Source of the DNA: an uncultured Nitrososphaerales archaeon
GTDB taxonomy: Archaea; Thermoproteota; Nitrososphaeria; Nitrososphaerales; Nitrososphaeraceae
NCBI GenBank assembly: GCA_963709405.1
Contig: CAVPXM010000005.1
Location: 1-35,065 of the forward strand
DNA length: 35,065 nucleotides
Direction of reading: 5' to 3'
Shown: in pieces, positions 21,686-32,847 of the stretch
How positions within the stretch are numbered: the first letter of the stretch is position 1
Layout of the letters: each line of letters opens with the position of its first letter
Program-made: the position numbers and the translations under genes
The notes under the pieces: model-generated
The model's database searches: none
What the model was told of the DNA's origin: nothing
The model's input: only the letters and a program-made list of their open reading frames with translations

Positions 21686-22042
21686 ATGATGAATCATATT
21701 AACATGAACAAGTCCTTGCATGACATTGACTTTGCAAAAAGGAATGGTCTATTACCTGTAGTTGTACAAGACAAAAATACGAAAGACATTTTGACTCTTG
21801 CTTATGCGAATAAAGAAGCACTTGAAAATACTATGCGGACTAAAACCGCATGGTTCTGGAGTACCTCACGTAATAAATTATGGATGAAAGGCGAAGAATC
21901 TGGTAATGTTCAGCAAGTAGAAGACATATTATTAGATTGCGATTATGATGCTTTATTGTACCTTGTTAACTCTAAATCGCCGATGTGCCACACCGGGAAT
22001 CGCACCTGTTTCCATTATCTGATAAAAAATGATGGTGTATAA
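21686..22042 (+). CDS. hisI: Phosphoribosyl-AMP cyclohydrolase
   Basis: GLLPVVVQD, WSTSRNKLWMKGEESGN, DCDYD, CHTGNRTCF. Confidence 0.96.
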   Translation: MMNHINMNKSLHDIDFAKRNGLLPVVVQDKNTKDILTLAYANKEALENTMRTKTAWFWSTSRNKLWMKGEESGNVQQVEDILLDCDYDALLYLVNSKSPMCHTGNRTCFHYLIKNDGV

Positions 22043-22203
22043 TATAGCACATTCTTTGGATTTTCTTGTTGTAATTATAATATGGATAGGATTGGAATAT
22101 GATATAATTTGGAGCATCTTTTTACACTGATGTTTAGTAATACTAAATTATATCTTAGAGAGGCTTATTTACATTAATATGTGAAAGATGGACAGTCATA
22201 AAT

Positions 22204-23428
22204 ATGGGTAGTATAAGATGTCTAAAATGCAGAGAATGTAATAAAGAATATGAGGCTCAATTTAGGTATATATGCGAAGAATGTTTTGGTCCGTTAGATG
22301 TTATTTATAATTTTCCCAATTTGAATAAAACCTCTTTCATATCAAGACAAACAAAGAGTTATTGGAGATATTTTGAATTATTGCCGATCGCCGATCGTAA
22401 CAACATTGTAAGTCTAGGCGCTGGTCTTACACCTTTACAACATGGAGACAGGATAGGAACAACAATAGGAGGGTTAAGAAATTTATTTATCAAGAATGAC
22501 TCTGTAAACCCAACTTTTTCATTTAAGGACAGGCCTGCAGGTATAGCTGTTTCAAGGGCAAAGGAAATTAAACTAAAAGCAGTAGGTTGTGCATCAACTG
22601 GTAACTTAGCTTCTGCGACGGCCGCACATGCCGCAAAGGCGCGTTTGCCATGTTATATTTTTGCACCATCTGATATTGAAAAGGTAAAGATTTCACAGGC
22701 TTTATCATATGGTGCAGAGTTCGTAGCAGTTGATGGAACTTATGATGATGCTAATAGGGTAGCTTCAGTAGTTGGTGATACTAAAGGAATAGGTATAGTT
22801 AACATAAATATGCGGCCATTTTATGTCGAGGGCTCAAAAACACTTGCTTATGAGGTAGCAGAGCAGTTGAATTGGGAAGTTCCAGATAATTTGATCATTC
22901 CGGTAGGAAGTGGAGCTATGTTGAATGCAATTTGTAAAGGATTTGAAGAGCTATGTGAAATTGGACTACTGGACGACATATCAAGATTAAAAATTACAGC
23001 CGCACAGCCGCATGGCTGTTCTCCAATCGTCGATGCTTTCAAAAGAAGAAGCGATGAAGTTATCCCAGTCGAAAAACCTGAAACAATTGCGAAAAGTCTT
23101 GCCATTGGGGACCCCGGAGACGGACGATATGTGTTAAAAAGATTGGCAGCAGTATAGGGGAAGTGCAGAAGAAGCTACCGATGAGGAAATTATAGATGGA
23201 ATAATGATGCTTGCCAAGACAGAAGGTATCTTTACTGAACCCGCCGGTGGGGTATCTGTAGCGGTCCTTCGTAAAATGGTAGAAGAAGGTAAAATCGACA
23301 AAGACGAAAAAGTCGTTTGTTATATCACGGGCAGTGGACTCAAGGCTACAGAAGCTATCGTAGATGTGCTTCCGAAACTTAATGCTGTGAAGCCAGATGT
23401 ACAATTAGTTTCTGCTATGATTAGATGA
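22204..23428 (+). CDS. thrC: Threonine synthase-family PLP enzyme, frameshift at ~23145
   Basis: N-terminal CREC/CEEC, NPTFSFKDR, ASTGN, EGSKT, PVGSG, EGIFTEPAGG, ITGSGLK. Confidence 0.92.
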
Positions 23429-23460
23429 AATATAGATAAGCAGAGGTGAAGAAAAACAAA

Positions 23461-24802
23461 ATGGCAAAAGTAGAATTTGTAATTCCTTCAGTTTTAAATA
23501 AGAGTAACGGAGAGAGAAAAATTTCTCTTGATGCAAACGATTTAAGCGATGCATTTACTAAAATTACGGATCAAATGGGGGAAGACTTCAAAAGAAGAGT
23601 CTTTGATGTCAACAGTAAACCACGAGCTCTTATCAACATCTATCTCAATGGAAAAAATATTCGTTTTAGTAACGATGGAATGTCATCACTGCTCAAAGAT
23701 GGCGATTCAGTTTTCATATTACCTGCCGTAGCCGGAGGCACAGAATTTACGAATGAAGATATACAACGATATTCTCGGCAGATAATGCTTGAGGAAATTG
23801 GATTTATTGGAATGGAATCGTTAAGAAATGCGAAAATTTGTGTCGTGGGAGTTGGCGGTATCGGAAATCCAGTTGTAACCCAATTAGCTGCAATGGGTAT
23901 TGGCAATCTAAAATTAGTAGACAGAGATGTTGTTGAGATTTCGAACTTGCACAGACAACATCTATATACAGAAGATGATCTGGGCAAAGTTAAGGTTGAA
24001 GCGGCTCTTTGATCGCTTAAGAAAAATAAATTCTGCAACTAACATTGAAGCCGTCCCAATATCCATAACGAAGTATACTGCTGATAGTGTTGTTAAAAAT
24101 GCAGATGTGGTTATAGATGCACTCGATAGTGTAGATGCAAGATATGCTTTGAACGATGCGTGCATAAAGTATAATGTTCCATTTATTTATGCAGGTGCCT
24201 TGGGCACTGTTGGCTCTGTTTGCACCATCCTACCAAAAAAATCTGCATGTCTGAGATGCATATTCCCTGCATTGTCTGAAGATAACATGCCTACGTGCAG
24301 TACTGAGGGCGTGCATCCATCGATACTCTATATCGTGGGCGCCATACAAGTATCTGAAGCAATAAAGATCATTACGCGGCAGGAACCATCACTAGTAAAT
24401 AAATTAATGTATATTGATTTGAACGATCTTTCTTTTGAAAAGATACAGATGTTCCGGCAACAAGAATGCCCTTCATGTGGTTCAAATGGGAAGGGAGAAA
24501 CTGAAAATGCAGTAATAATTCAGAATCATCTTATTGTGGAAGAGTTATGTGGTAGGGATAGAGGAAAGAGGACTTACACACTAACCCCATCAGATTCATC
24601 CTCACCAATAAATTTGGACAATATTATAAAGACTGCTGAATCATTGGGATATCGAGTCAAAGCTAGAGGCAATCTAGGACTAACTGCTATAAATGATAAG
24701 ACATCAGTCAGTTTTTTAACAAGTGGTACAGCAACAATCGTCGGCGCCGCTGACGAAAAAGAGGCATTATCAATATATAGAACTTTTGCACAAGTTAACT
24801 AA
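23461..24802 (+). CDS. MoaD/ThiS ubiquitin-like domain fused to ThiF/MoeB E1-like adenylyltransferase with TBP-like C-terminus; frameshift at ~24008
   Basis: GDSVFILPAVAGG followed in frame by RYSRQI, GVGGIG, DRDVVEISNLHRQ, CLRC, TCSTEG, CPSC; tail VSFLTSGTATIVGA..EKEA. Confidence 0.92.
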
Positions 24803-25364
24803 GGCCTTTAGTAGGACAGTTTGATAAGGTTAATAGCACTCTGATACTAGTCCACTAATTAGTTTTTATTTAAATAAAATAATCTGATGAAAGCATCGCA
24901 ATTATTTTGATAATGTTTACAGTTAGAATACCATTTTTTGGTAACCTGGTATTCATACTCTGACGATATAAGAGTTCTAAAATTCGGGAGGAGTTGTTAA
25001 AATCTTATGAATTATTATTACATCCAAACTCTAGAATCGATCCCTGCATAGATAGACTTACAATATGAGAACATACTGTTCATAGGTTTGGTTCACAGTA
25101 GAGTCAAATACTTAACGATGTAAACCAACTGCACAAAAATGATTAATCCCTCTGAGCTAACAAGATGAAGAGGTTGACAAACGGAAATTTAAAAATGAGC
25201 CTCCTTCGTATCGAGTTAGCTACTCCCCAACACTATAACATGTTGAACCTATAAAATTCATACTGATGATATAATCCGTTATAGCGATATTATTCTTCAG
25301 CTTGAAATAGTACATGAGCATGTAACAATACCTATAATTGGTACCAAACGTTGAACCAATTCGA

Positions 25365-25556
25365 TTACTTACTCACCTCCTTTGGTTTGACTTCCTTTGC
25401 TCCACGTCTGTACTCAACGGCTGCTCCAAGCATGAACAGACCAGATATAGCCAGCAATGGTACCATTTTAGCGACGTTGTAGTCTACGGTGCTAGCTGCA
25501 CCCACTGCGAATACCGTGCCAAAAGCTGTCAGTATTATGCCTAACACTTTACCCAT
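25365..25556 (-). CDS. Small two-TM membrane protein
   Basis: Two hydrophobic helices and a basic tail; perfect GGAGGTGA SD upstream. Confidence 0.7.
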   Translation of the reverse strand: MGKVLGIILTAFGTVFAVGAASTVDYNVAKMVPLLAISGLFMLGAAVEYRRGAKEVKPKEVSK

Positions 25557-25561
25557 TTATA

Positions 25562-25732
25562 TTACTCACCTCCATGAGTATCTTTACCCTTACCTATATT
25601 CGGTAACACCATGACCTTTATGCCTATCCACGACCTAGGGACGTAGATGCGGCCAGCACTACCGTCTACACCTGCCGATTTTACTACTCCCTCGACCTTT
25701 GTTACAGTCTTTGTTGTGCTTTGTATTATCAT
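25562..25732 (-). CDS. Second DUF2080-like / AbrB-like small protein (56 aa, not in ORF track)
   Basis: MIIQSTTKTVTKVEGVVKSAGVDGSAGRIYVPRSWIGIKVMVLPNIGKGKDTHGGE*; GRIYVPxxWIGxKV motif. Confidence 0.72.
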   Translation of the reverse strand: MIIQSTTKTVTKVEGVVKSAGVDGSAGRIYVPRSWIGIKVMVLPNIGKGKDTHGGE

Positions 25733-26075
25733 TTTTTACTCACGTCATATCGCAATGAGGACAATGCTCATCAAGCTATATCTTTGCAAACGATTTTACC
25801 TCAATCGATTTTCCCATTTTTCATTTCATTTCTAATAGTCACTTAGTGGTCACCATATATATCGTTCATGTATGCAATGCATTGCAATGCGGTAAATGAA
25901 GTCCTAGAACTCTAGCAGCCTATTAAACGTCTACGTTGCTATTACCTTATCAGGACTTCCTCGATATTGGTGTCTAATCATTCATTAGAGCATGATCTGG
26001 CCAAACCTGACCTGTTATTATACTGTAAGTCAATGTATTTTCTTTGCATAATACACACATCCTTGATTTTCACTT

Positions 26076-26494
26076 TTATTCTCTAATCATCTTGACTAGT
26101 ACTCGTTTATTTCGTCGTCCGTCAAATTCACCATAGAATATCTGCTCCCAGGGACCAAAGTGTAGTATTCCACCAGTAATTCCAACAACTACTTCGCGTC
26201 CCATAATCTGGCGTTTAAGATGCGCATCAGCATTATCTTCACCAGTATCATTATGCCTATAATGATCTAAAGGTGCATGCGGTGATAGTTTTTTAAGCCA
26301 TATCTTGAAATCTTTATGCAAACCGACTTCATTATCATTTATGAAAACACTATCTGTAATGTGCATCGCGTTTACTAAACAAATTCCTTTTTGATTTTGC
26401 TTTCTTCAACAATTTTTTTAATATCTGGCGTTATATTGATAAAAGCCCTTCTTGTATCGGTATTAAACGTAAGGTATTGTGTTTTGGATTTCAT
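26076..26494 (-). CDS. yjbQ: YjbQ/UPF0047 secondary thiamine-phosphate synthase-family protein, frameshift in an A-run near 26390
   Basis: [19 protein letters not shown]; [35 protein letters not shown]. Confidence 0.9.
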
Positions 26495-27292
26495 CTCGAT
26501 GATTCAAACTTCGAAAAAGTGGATCATGTTTCTAAACTTTATAGCGATACGCATGTCATTGAATTCCGACATCATTGTATGAGTAGAACCATGAAAGGTG
26601 TTCACTCCGATTACTCTACAGTCTCAATCTCACCATTTTAATATTTTTGTTCACTGTACAGCTTGTGAACAAGAGAGATCATCATGGTGTATTGAATTTT
26701 AGACTGGCGACAGATCTACCACACCATAATTCAGAATAGTCTAAAAACTATTCCTTAATAGAGTCGCTTTCATCCTCTAGATATAGAGTAGTTGTTGTCT
26801 AATTCAACCGTGAGTAATTTAGGATAGTTGTACGGTAACAATCAATTTGCTGGATATTTATCGTGAAAAGTAAACTTTAATATGGTAGCTAAGGACAGTG
26901 ACAAACAGTTCCTAACTCTATTCTTATCTAGGTGAAGAGTACAGCAGAGACTCTACTCGACAAGACTACTCTTACCCACAATTTTCATCTTATTCAGAGA
27001 TTTTTGAATATGAAGCCCACTCATATTATAGTAGTAATAGAAAAAGTTTAGAATGATTAAACTCAAACTGTACCAAATAAATTCTAGTCTTAAAGGCGGC
27101 CTGACGATACTCCATTCAAATTTAGATTCGAAACAAGAAGCAGCTTGTATTAGAAGCGGAGGATGATGGAATAATACAAATCCAGAAATCGATATGATTA
27201 TTTAATCATTTTTTATAAAGCTTGCACTTTTATCAGCATTTGTGTGAATATATTCGATATGCAATTATAATGGATATTCTATAACATGGAGT

Positions 27293-27556
27293 TTGATCAC
27301 CTTTCTTGACATCTTGAACAGCATATATCGAATATCGGAAAAACATAAATCAGTATTAATCTGTTATATTAAATATGGATATCCATACACTACATCAGAT
27401 TTTCTATATCCAAATTTAATTGAGATGAATCACCTCAAGAACTGGATAGATGAAGATAATGATAGAGAGGGATATGAATTAGAAAATGATATTAACGCTG
27501 ATAATTACCTTGATGTCGTTCGTCTGATCTCAGGTGTTCTTGGCAATATCACGTAG
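27293..27556 (+). CDS. Hypothetical protein or gene fragment
   Basis: 87-aa TTG ORF upstream of dinB; no motif recognised. Confidence 0.35.
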   Translation: MITFLDILNSIYRISEKHKSVLICYIKYGYPYTTSDFLYPNLIEMNHLKNWIDEDNDREGYELENDINADNYLDVVRLISGVLGNIT

Positions 27557-27611
27557 TACTATGAACTCTTTGGATCATTAAATTGGCTGATAAACTGCAC
27601 GGAAATAGCCA

Positions 27612-28741
27612 ATGGGCAGGAAGAATCATATTTCATATTGATTTGAATTCATTTTATCCGTCCTGTGAGGAGCTGACGAGATCCATCAATAAAAGGAAAG
27701 CCTCATGCTGTAATAATGACTGACAAACCGAATGGTAATATCACAAGAGGAGTTGTGGCATCGTGTTCATACGAAGCTAAGAAGATGGGAGTTAAATCCG
27801 CCATGCCACTTTCCAAAGCCCTAGAATTATGTTCTGATATGATTTTAAAAGCCGTTGACATATCATACTACAAACAAATTTCCGAAAAATTGATGAATAT
27901 TTTAGAGAGCTATGCAGATGCTTTAGAACAGGCTAGTATAGATGAAGCGTATTTAGAGTGTACGAAAAAGATTATTTCATCGGACATCACGATTGAGCAA
28001 TATGCTGATATCGTTAAAAAAGCAATTATGCAACAATTTGGTCTCCTATGTTCCATAGGAGTGGCATCTACAAAATCAGCAGCGAAGATTGCATCAGATT
28101 ATCAAAAACCTGATGGGCTTACAGTTATTTATCCTGACAAATTGCAAAAGTTTCTCGAACCGCTAGAGGTAGAAAGAATTTCAGGAGTTGGGATTAAAAC
28201 CGAAGAAATACTAAAAAAGGAAATGGGAATTGAATCAATAGGACAGTTAGCTAGTTATGATGTGCAAAAGCTTATGGAAAGATTCGGCAAGAAGGGAGTA
28301 TGGATGTGGCAAGTAGCTAACTGTCAAGACAATGAACCTGTTGTACCACGAGAAGATCATATTTCCTTAAGTAACGAATATACGCTAGAACGATTTACCA
28401 ACGACAAAAAGTCAATCCTTGATGGCCTAACTAGTCTGGTCGACGAATTATATGAAAAGGTGAATGGAAATGGTTATGAATTTAAAACAGTGGGTATAAA
28501 GCTAGTTAAAGCTGACTTTACCATTGAAACTAGAGAGAGATCGTATACAAACTATCAGAATAACAAAGAGAGCATTTCATCTGTTATTGCAAACCTTTTA
28601 GATAAATGCTCCTTTTTTGATGAGATTGACAGAAACAGTTTTACTGTATCAGTTAGAAAAATCGGATTGAGGGTTTCAAATTTGGTCAGAATAGAAAAGA
28701 AAAAATCAGCTAATCAAAAGTCATTATTGGATTATATTTAA
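27612..28741 (+). CDS. dinB: Y-family DNA polymerase IV (DinB/Dpo4), frameshift at 27676
   Basis: IFHIDLNSFYPSCEE upstream in another frame; SCSYEAK..GVKSAMP, SIDEAYL, AKIASDYQKPDG; PIP-like tail QKSLLDYI. Confidence 0.95.
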
Positions 28742-29112
28742 ACCGTCTCAGTTCTTATCAGCAAATCTACAATATCAGATAAGACTTGTCTATTCTAACA
28801 TCGTATTATGAAGTCTAATCATAAAAGTAATGAATAGCATCGATAAAACATCATAGTCGTGCTTTTTCAGAACGAATTTGCAACCTTGTATAATTAATTA
28901 CAGTTAGTTCTTCTTTTACAACCGTAATAGCTTCTGGAATCGAATTTTAATCAGCCTGAACAACATCTTCTGGCTATTGTAAACTATATGTGTATCAAAC
29001 CTTCGACAAACTTCGTTACACTAATGATGGAATTAAATCAGGTAGATCAGAATTTGCTGCGATAATGACTCTATATTAGCAAAATGAAGACATAAAACTG
29101 AGATAGAGTTCG

Positions 29113-29418
29113 TTACTGATTTCCGTGCCCAATATCTTGACGTTTTAAACGTGTGCAAAACTCGATTAATGCGGCACTGGTTTGTTGATCATTCTTTCTC
29201 ATGTAATAGTCAAGCTCTTCAATAGCAGCATGATAATCGATACCAATATTCCGTGCAATTTCCAATGCGATAGCAGAAATCAATAATTTTCGAAGGACAA
29301 TATCGTGTCCATAATTTATTAGATCAGAAGATATCTCTGCTAAAAAATTCTTAAAATTAGAGTCTATATACTTGTCTTTAGCATTCCTACTCTTTAGGAC
29401 AAATGGGATGGCCATCAT
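29113..29418 (-). CDS. Hypothetical protein (possibly C-terminal half of a split gene)
   Basis: 101-aa helical ORF with ATGA overlap to the upstream ORF. Confidence 0.6.
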   Translation of the reverse strand: MMAIPFVLKSRNAKDKYIDSNFKNFLAEISSDLINYGHDIVLRKLLISAIALEIARNIGIDYHAAIEELDYYMRKNDQQTSAALIEFCTRLKRQDIGHGNQ

Positions 29419-29648
29419 CTTTGTTTCATGTGAATATCTTCTACCATTTCTACAAATGCATCATTTAAGTTTGGATCATTGAACAGAATCTCAGACATTA
29501 GATCCGAAGCGTCTGATTCGCTCATCTGCATTTTATCAACTAACTTAGATAATACATGACAGGCTGCACATCCATTTTGTTTAATAATAGAGTGGTTAGT
29601 AACTACCTTATTCATTTCTTGCGAAATTATTTGTTTGCCGATCTTCAT
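29415..29648 (-). CDS. Hypothetical protein with CxxCH motif (possibly N-terminal half of a split gene)
   Basis: GCAACHV; no signal peptide. Confidence 0.6.
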   Translation of the reverse strand: MKIGKQIISQEMNKVVTNHSIIKQNGCAACHVLSKLVDKMQMSESDASDLMSEILFNDPNLNDAFVEMVEDIHMKQR

Positions 29649-30384
29649 ATCCTCACAGTCGTCCTACCTTTCCATATTCATCTACAACACTTTGGAAAAA
29701 TATATTGCTAGCTATTCAATTGACATGATCATTCATGCCAAATTTTTTGATCATACAATGATAATTATTTATGCATAATTCGAACTAGATAGCATTAGTA
29801 ATACTAATCTTGTCCTAAGGCTAAAATAGCGGTGAAATCGATTCAACATGAATTTTCTACCATTCATGATATATTGATCAAACGTATGAAAACAGTATTC
29901 GCGTTAGGCATCTAGATTTCTGCTGACCATCTAGTTCCCTTTTTTCAGATTTTCGACTGAAGTCGAAATTATATTTGTCATGACTGGTGTTTGCTTCCAT
30001 ACAAACTATAGAAAATCGCATTTTCTCACCAATAACGGTCGTCTTGTAAGAAAATTTGCATAAGCGATAGAACTGGATAGAAAATATTATCATTTCCGTG
30101 GATCAATTGTTTATTACACTACAGACTACAAGTTATTTAGTATTAAGATTATCATTCTAAATCTTTTTTAGGTAATCACCATGATCTCTATCCTTTATGA
30201 ATTGAGGGCTGTATCTCGGTATCATATTTTTGTGTACTAACACAGTTATACGAGATTGATCAAACAAACATATATTGAATAATTAATTAGTCTAAAAGTA
30301 TAATCTACATCTACAAAAAACATTGAGAGAATAACTTTAAACTAAGACTGTTTCGAAAGGATTATTTTCCAACCTATTCTCAAA

Positions 30385-31615
30385 TTGCTATTGCATAAGC
30401 GAAGATCAAATTCTACGATACCATCCATGGTCAATATGCTATTATTATTAATACTTTCATCACTATTTCTAACAATCCAAAATAGGAGTTATGACTATGT
30501 TGAAGCAACGGGTATCATTGATCCTGACGAGACTACACGATGTGTTAGTTATGATATTCGTGAAAAGGAAATTAAATTAAGTTGTAGACTTGCTCATTTG
30601 TCAGATATTTATAATCAACTTAACGATCGAATTATTTTGAATAAGGAAGGTCAGTTGAATGAGAGTGATAACAAGAGTAATATATGGTTACTAAATGCAG
30701 GTATCGTGGTAGAAAGAGGATCTACCCTCATAATAGATCCAAAAGATACCAAATGGCTGAAAATAATAGGGGATCGAAAAATAGCACATTCAATTACTGT
30801 TCTTGGCAGCTTATTGATAGATTCAGTCAAGGTTACATCATGGGATCCAAATATTGATGACTATGTCAAATTTAATTCTGAAATATTACAAGACAAAGAA
30901 CATGAACATACAGGTATAGATGCTGTTCCAAGACCTTATATTATAATTGATAAGGGAGCAACAGGTACTACTAATATCACTAATTCGGAAATTGCGTATT
31001 TGGGATATGAATGTGGTGGTGGCTGTTCTGGTATTAGTTACTATGGCAAAACTAACCAGGATAGAAATGATAATCACCTAAACGTAATCAAAAACAATGA
31101 GATTCATAATAACCGATTTGGCTTCTATTCTGTGAACGCAAGCAACATACTTATAGAGAATAACATTATCCATCACAATTTCATGTATGGATTGGATCCT
31201 CACACCGGAACTCATAATATTGTAATTAGGAATAATACTGTACACGATCATGGAGCAATGGGTATCATATGTTCTCTTAATTGCCACAATGTAACGATAG
31301 AAAATAACACCGTTTTTAATAGTGCTGGTTCAGGGATCATGTTTAGTAGAAACATGTACCATTCAATAGCTAGAGATAATAATGTACATAATGAGTCTAA
31401 ATGCATTTTCATATCTCAGTCGCACGATAACGAGATATACAATAATAAAGTAGATAATTGTAACAATGGAATCTATTTATTTAACAAATCATTTGCCAAT
31501 TCGGTTCACCACAATACCATGGGTTTATTTAATGAATCAAGCTTGCGAGTTAGGCAGCGATTCATCTGAGAACCATATCTATTCAAATCAAATTGCTGTC
31601 AAAAGTGTAACTTAG
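30385..31615 (+). CDS. Secreted right-handed parallel beta-helix (NosD/AlgG-like) protein, frameshift at ~31553
   Basis: N-terminal TM/signal; repeats such as NILIENNIIHHN and NIVIRNNTVHDH; YGLDPH motif. A final repeat SSENHIYSNQI lies in the shifted frame, ending at TAG 31615. Confidence 0.85.
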
Positions 31616-32001
31616 AGCAAGGATAAGAATCATTATCGCTATGACTTTTTATAGATGAGTATTGGTAATTCAGCATTAATGATGGAAAGTACGACCTCAA
31701 CTTGCAATTCTGGTAATAACGATCCAATAGGTTGCTGTTGAAATTAGAGGTAGTTATATCTTAATCTAAAAAACGAATTCCCTCAGCTATATTTCTGGAA
31801 TATAAGTCGTATGACGAGGTAATTTTGCTAGTTGGAATAAGGTACTTATGATGCAATCGTGTTGCAAGATCGTCTGGAGCTGATTCAGAACTAGTGAAAA
31901 GACATTAAAGTAAGAGTATAGAAGAAATATCAGATTTAACAAGTCATAAAATATCCCCGAATGCAGATAAACCTTACAATAGATTAGCTATTATCGTATA
32001 C

Positions 32002-32265
32002 ATGAATAATAAAATACTTGTGTTGATGACTATTACATCCATCATATCAGCAGGATTATTAGTTGTGACACTAGCGGTTGACACAGATGGTAGTGCATCT
32101 GCAAAAAAGTACAAGAAGACACAGACGGTTGCACAAGTTAACAACTGTGGAAATTACATATTGCCAACAAATGTGACGTGTTCGAATATTAGTTCAAATT
32201 CAAAAGATTATGGAGATTATAATGGCGTAGGTGCAACAAATCCTTCTCTTCCGCCTTTCCCTTAA
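32002..32265 (+). CDS. Small secreted protein (QVNNCGN...NVxC type)
   Basis: Signal peptide plus a Cys pair; pattern recalled from Nitrososphaeraceae exported proteins. Confidence 0.65.
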   Translation: MNNKILVLMTITSIISAGLLVVTLAVDTDGSASAKKYKKTQTVAQVNNCGNYILPTNVTCSNISSNSKDYGDYNGVGATNPSLPPFP

Positions 32266-32847
32266 ATTATTATGGTCTAGATAGCTTGTGGTTTGGTTTC
32301 ACAAAAATAAGATCAATTTATATATGCTCTAATCAGAACTAGTTTTACTTTCATTATCGGGATGCGGCATATCGATATTAACTCATTTCTAATTTCTGGG
32401 TATGCAGTATTTAATCCAAGGACCTTCATATATGATTGGACATTAATGTATATAATAAGAGAAATTCCATTCTTAGGGTAAATTTGCTGATCTTTGGGGA
32501 AAAGATATTTTGCAAACTGAAAAAAGATATATTCAATGATTATCCGCAAACACATAGATTTGATTGCTAAATGACAAAAAATATAGCCCATCATATGAAT
32601 ACCTATTAAACTAATTCGAAGGGACAGGGCTTGGTGATGATAATAGATATTATCAAAAATTAAGAATTCTTGTTACCATCAATATACCTCAGAACAATTG
32701 ATGTCTCTAACGCTTCGATATTTATCATTTATGTATTTAAAGTCATTAGTAATCTAAGATCGTTCAAATGTAATGATTATTTATTAAATTCCTATGTTAG
32801 CTGCATCTGTAGTAGTTCCTTCTAAATATTCTAGTCTAGCAGCAAAT

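Noticed and set aside
25873-25890. Overlapping TGCAATGCATTGCA palindromes
   Set aside because: Low-complexity TGCA/ATGC repeat with no positional support.
26380-26400. yjbQ frameshift as another GCWGC case
   Set aside because: It is a missing base in an A-run with no GCNGC nearby, i.e. an ordinary homopolymer indel. The 13.67-kb and 29.4-kb breaks also lack the motif.
29878-32594. ORFs 29878-30093 and 32313-32594
   Set aside because: No recognisable motif and atypical composition; probably spurious or decayed.
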